64,000 bases of DNA from a bacterium (GTDB lineage: Bacteria; Patescibacteriota; Minisyncoccia; JBBINA01): NCBI GenBank assembly GCA_037444125.1, contig JBBINA010000002.1:6272-70271 (forward strand), given 5' to 3'. The notes beneath the pieces were generated by a model, which saw nothing but the letters and a program-made list of their open reading frames with translations, was not told where the DNA came from and did not search any database. This document shows, in pieces, positions 61,286 through 64,000 of the stretch. Each line of letters starts with the position of its first letter. Position 1 is the first letter of the stretch. The translations under genes and the position numbers were made by a program.

Positions 61286-62272
61286 TTATATTATTTCTAT
61301 CTCCACTTCCGGTTCAAATCCAAATTCAGTTAAAAATTTATCTTTAACTCTAGCAATCAAGTCCAAAATATCACGAGCTTTTGCGCCTCCAGTATTAATA
61401 ATAAAATTTGCATGCTTAAGAGATATTTGAGCGCCTCCACTTTTAAAACCTGTTAGATTAAATCTATTTATTATATAACCAATTGGAATTTTGCCATACC
61501 ACTTTTTCTCCACATTCACCTTTAAGTCAGGCCACTTATTTAAAATAATCTCCACATTTTTTTTATCTCTGATATTTTTAAAAACCGAACCGCAATTTGG
61601 ATAATCTAGGGGGTGATTCTTTAACCTATAAGCTATGTGTTCATAATATTTGTTTTTTGCTTTTGTCAATAAAGACGAACTTAAAGTCTTATTTAATTGT
61701 AAAGTAACATTAATTACCACGCCCTTAGTCTGTTTTACTAAAGAATCCCTGTAGGCAAATCTAATTTCTTTATTAGTTAATGTTTGTCTTTTTACATAAC
61801 CGCCACCATCTTCTCTCCACCAAACAACATCAGCTTCAACAACAACATCTTTTATCTCGCCACCAAAGGCGCCAACATTACCTCTTAAACCGGCTCCAAC
61901 TGTACCCGGAAGTCCACCAGCCCATTCTAAACCAATTAACCCGTTTTTAAAAGAGTATTTTATAATATCATCCAAAATCACTCCGCCAAAAACTACTAAT
62001 TTACCATCTGAACGAAGGGTTATATTTTTTGTTTTATTCTTAATATCAGTAATAGCTATTTGAAACACTAAACCCTTAAACCTCTCGCTGCTAAATAAAA
62101 CATTAGAACCCAAACCAAGCGGCATAATTCTTTCAATTTTATTTTTATAACAAAATTCAAATACTTCTAATATTTCATCGCTGCTATTTACTTTAACAAA
62201 ATATTCAGCAACAACTGGTATCTTATAAAATATCAAATCCCCCAGCTGATAATTTTTATGAATCTCAAGCAT
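61286..62272 (-). CDS. murB: UDP-N-acetylenolpyruvoylglucosamine reductase
   Basis: FAD-binding GLGSNVL and C-terminal GGAQISLKHANFIINTGGAKARD. Confidence 0.85.
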   Translation of the reverse strand: MLEIHKNYQLGDLIFYKIPVVAEYFVKVNSSDEILEVFEFCYKNKIERIMPLGLGSNVLFSSERFKGLVFQIAITDIKNKTKNITLRSDGKLVVFGGVILDDIIKYSFKNGLIGLEWAGGLPGTVGAGLRGNVGAFGGEIKDVVVEADVVWWREDGGGYVKRQTLTNKEIRFAYRDSLVKQTKGVVINVTLQLNKTLSSSLLTKAKNKYYEHIAYRLKNHPLDYPNCGSVFKNIRDKKNVEIILNKWPDLKVNVEKKWYGKIPIGYIINRFNLTGFKSGGAQISLKHANFIINTGGAKARDILDLIARVKDKFLTEFGFEPEVEIEII

Positions 62273-62313
62273 TTAATCAAATATCATCGTTACAATTAAG
62301 AAGAATTCAAAAG

Positions 62314-63102
62314 TTATTGGCAAAGCTCAATAAAGAAACTATTAACCAATCTTTGGTATAACTCGTTTGCTGTATATGCTCTCCAACTATCATCAAGAAA
62401 CTCCTCAGGCAATTGAGGATCTTCTTTTAAAATTGCCAAATACTGAATCTGCCCAAGGAAAGAATGTTTTAAATCTTTAGCCAAACTGAAATTTGTAATA
62501 AACTCGTTATATAAATCATTTACCATCTCAGTTCGCCAAATATTATTGGCGAATTTTTTATAATCAGTAGCTCCAAGAACGTCCCCTTTAAACAAATTAA
62601 CAAAAGATCTATCTATATTAAGTCGGCTCAATGCTCTTAATAAATCTTCAGAGTAATCAAAGACACTAATCCACACTGAATCATGCAATAAACCAAATTT
62701 TCTATCTTTCAAAAATTTCCTCAGGGCTTCTCTTTTTGGCTTTAATTCCTCGGGAATATCAAAAGAAACAAAGTAAAAACAACCATCCCATCTTCTTTTG
62801 CCATAGTACCTAGGTATAATATTCCTAATTCGATTAAAACCTTTTTGGTTTAAAACAAAATTTTCTGATAAATAATCCTTAAAAAAAGATGAAGCTATGC
62901 TCCGCTCGAGCCCAAAATAACCAGTAAATTTTTGAAATAAGTCTTTACGAGATAAATTAAGTTTACTACCTTGCAAAAAAGAATCGAGTATACCAAAAAA
63001 GTAAAGGAACAAATCTATTTTTTTAAATCCTAGACTTCTAGCAACTTCTTCTAAATGAGAACTCTCTGTTAAATTATTCATATAAAATAAATGCGACAGC
63101 AA
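62314..63102 (-). CDS. hypothetical protein, possibly PaaX-like regulator (internal Cas2-like fold segment)
   Basis: RRWDGCFYFVSFDIPEELKPKREALRKFLKDRKFGLLHDSVWI resembles the PaaX middle domain. Weak. Confidence 0.3.
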   Translation of the reverse strand: MLSHLFYMNNLTESSHLEEVARSLGFKKIDLFLYFFGILDSFLQGSKLNLSRKDLFQKFTGYFGLERSIASSFFKDYLSENFVLNQKGFNRIRNIIPRYYGKRRWDGCFYFVSFDIPEELKPKREALRKFLKDRKFGLLHDSVWISVFDYSEDLLRALSRLNIDRSFVNLFKGDVLGATDYKKFANNIWRTEMVNDLYNEFITNFSLAKDLKHSFLGQIQYLAILKEDPQLPEEFLDDSWRAYTANELYQRLVNSFFIELCQ

Positions 63103-63205
63103 TAATTTTTTTATCTGATTTATTCTAAAAAATAAATATGAAAAATCAATATGTTTAGTGCAACTAAAAGTTCAAAAATATAAACTAAACGCGACCGCTT
63201 GAAAA

Positions 63206-63970
63206 TTATATTCCTAGTTTCTTTTTTATGTCCTCAATCATACTGTTCACCATCTCATTATCGGCATTATACTTGGCTATAATCTCTAAGTGTTTTAGCG
63301 CCTCTTGCAAGTTACCTTCCTGATTATATATAAGTGCCAAAATATAACGAGCATCTGAATAATTAGGCAATAATCCTATTGATCTTAATAAATTCTCTTT
63401 TGCCTTTGCTAAATCTTGTTTTTGCCAATAAAGTAGACCCAATTGATAGTAAATCTGTGGATTTGGATTTAAAAGAGCTGAATTTGAATAACTTTGTATT
63501 GCTTTATCGAGCTGGTTACCCAAAACACTAAAATCGCCTAATAAATTATACGCTTGAACAAAAAAAGGCTTAATTTGAAGTGCCTTCTTTAGAAATGCCT
63601 CTCCTCTAGAAATATAACTATTTATTAAAAAACGCAATGATTCATCTTTTTCAATGTTTCTGACTCGCGATAATATCTCTTTGTAGTAACTTCTAGCTAT
63701 AGAATAATTAATCTCAGGATTATTAGTCGAAAAATTTAAAGCGTCATTATAATGTTTTAAAGCTTCATAAAAACTACCATCAGCATAACCAATAATTGAC
63801 TCATAAATAAAACCGGCAAACTGATAATTCAAATAATTTGATGGGTTAAGTTGTATTGCCCGTTTTGCATAAGAAATGGTGTTCTGTAAATAACCAAAAA
63901 CTTCTATATTATTTATATCCTCTTTTTCCTTAGGTGTTGTATTTTCGCTTAATTTTTTAATTCTTTCCAA
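63206..63970 (-). CDS. TPR repeat protein
   Basis: Multiple 34-aa TPR-like repeats (AIQLNP..., ALKHYNDAL..., ALQIKP...). Confidence 0.6.
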   Translation of the reverse strand: MERIKKLSENTTPKEKEDINNIEVFGYLQNTISYAKRAIQLNPSNYLNYQFAGFIYESIIGYADGSFYEALKHYNDALNFSTNNPEINYSIARSYYKEILSRVRNIEKDESLRFLINSYISRGEAFLKKALQIKPFFVQAYNLLGDFSVLGNQLDKAIQSYSNSALLNPNPQIYYQLGLLYWQKQDLAKAKENLLRSIGLLPNYSDARYILALIYNQEGNLQEALKHLEIIAKYNADNEMVNSMIEDIKKKLGI

Positions 63971-64000
63971 AGCTAGATTTAGATAAACTAAACTTATTTC

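Overview
This is a low-GC (roughly 30%) bacterial chromosome segment, mostly coding, with most genes on the minus strand. The gene content (unlinked rRNA genes, a type IV pilus cluster, small proteins) suggests a streamlined, possibly Patescibacteria/CPR-like organism, but that is inference. The window carries a 23S-5S rRNA pair on the plus strand (about 4.5-7.8 kb) and a separate 16S rRNA on the minus strand (about 23.3-24.8 kb). A tRNA-Ala(UGC) lies 2 kb downstream of the 16S gene. Conserved blocks include a mraZ-rsmH-ftsL-ftsI division cluster with uppS, a secE-nusG-rplK block, gltX, and cell-wall genes (murB, murC, ftsW-like SEDS, tagA-like, LCP, an S41 protease, an M23 peptidase, and an amidase/SpoIID fusion). 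There is also a glycogen/alpha-glucan block (glycogen synthase-like GT, GH57, GalT-like, debranching-like) and a surface-polysaccharide module (Wzy-like, Wzz-like, GT4). Accessory content is concentrated between 13.4 and 21.2 kb. It holds an ArsR/thioredoxin-like/ArsP-like operon, a decayed thioredoxin/CcdA(DsbD)-like block with in-frame TGA codons and homopolymer frameshifts, and a restriction-modification pair (PD-ExK nuclease-like domain fused to a gamma-class N6-adenine methyltransferase, plus an HsdS-like subunit, with no HsdR). This region ends at the 3-prime end of tRNA-Ala. Five items look most novel. (1) A type IV pilus cluster whose large pilin-like protein carries Ig-like repeats and a C-terminal Hint (intein/Hedgehog-like) self-processing domain. 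(2) A 1081-aa protein with a cytoplasmic HTH, a TM segment and a phage-tailspike-like fibre ending in an S74 intramolecular-chaperone autoproteolytic domain. (3) Two small membrane-protein paralogs sharing a perfectly duplicated 273-bp 5-prime cassette (promoter plus 38 codons). (4) A GC-rich, evidently foreign secreted-protein gene with a canonical Shine-Dalgarno sequence. (5) A metalloprotease gene flanked by 40-bp direct repeats. No CRISPR array or transposase was seen.
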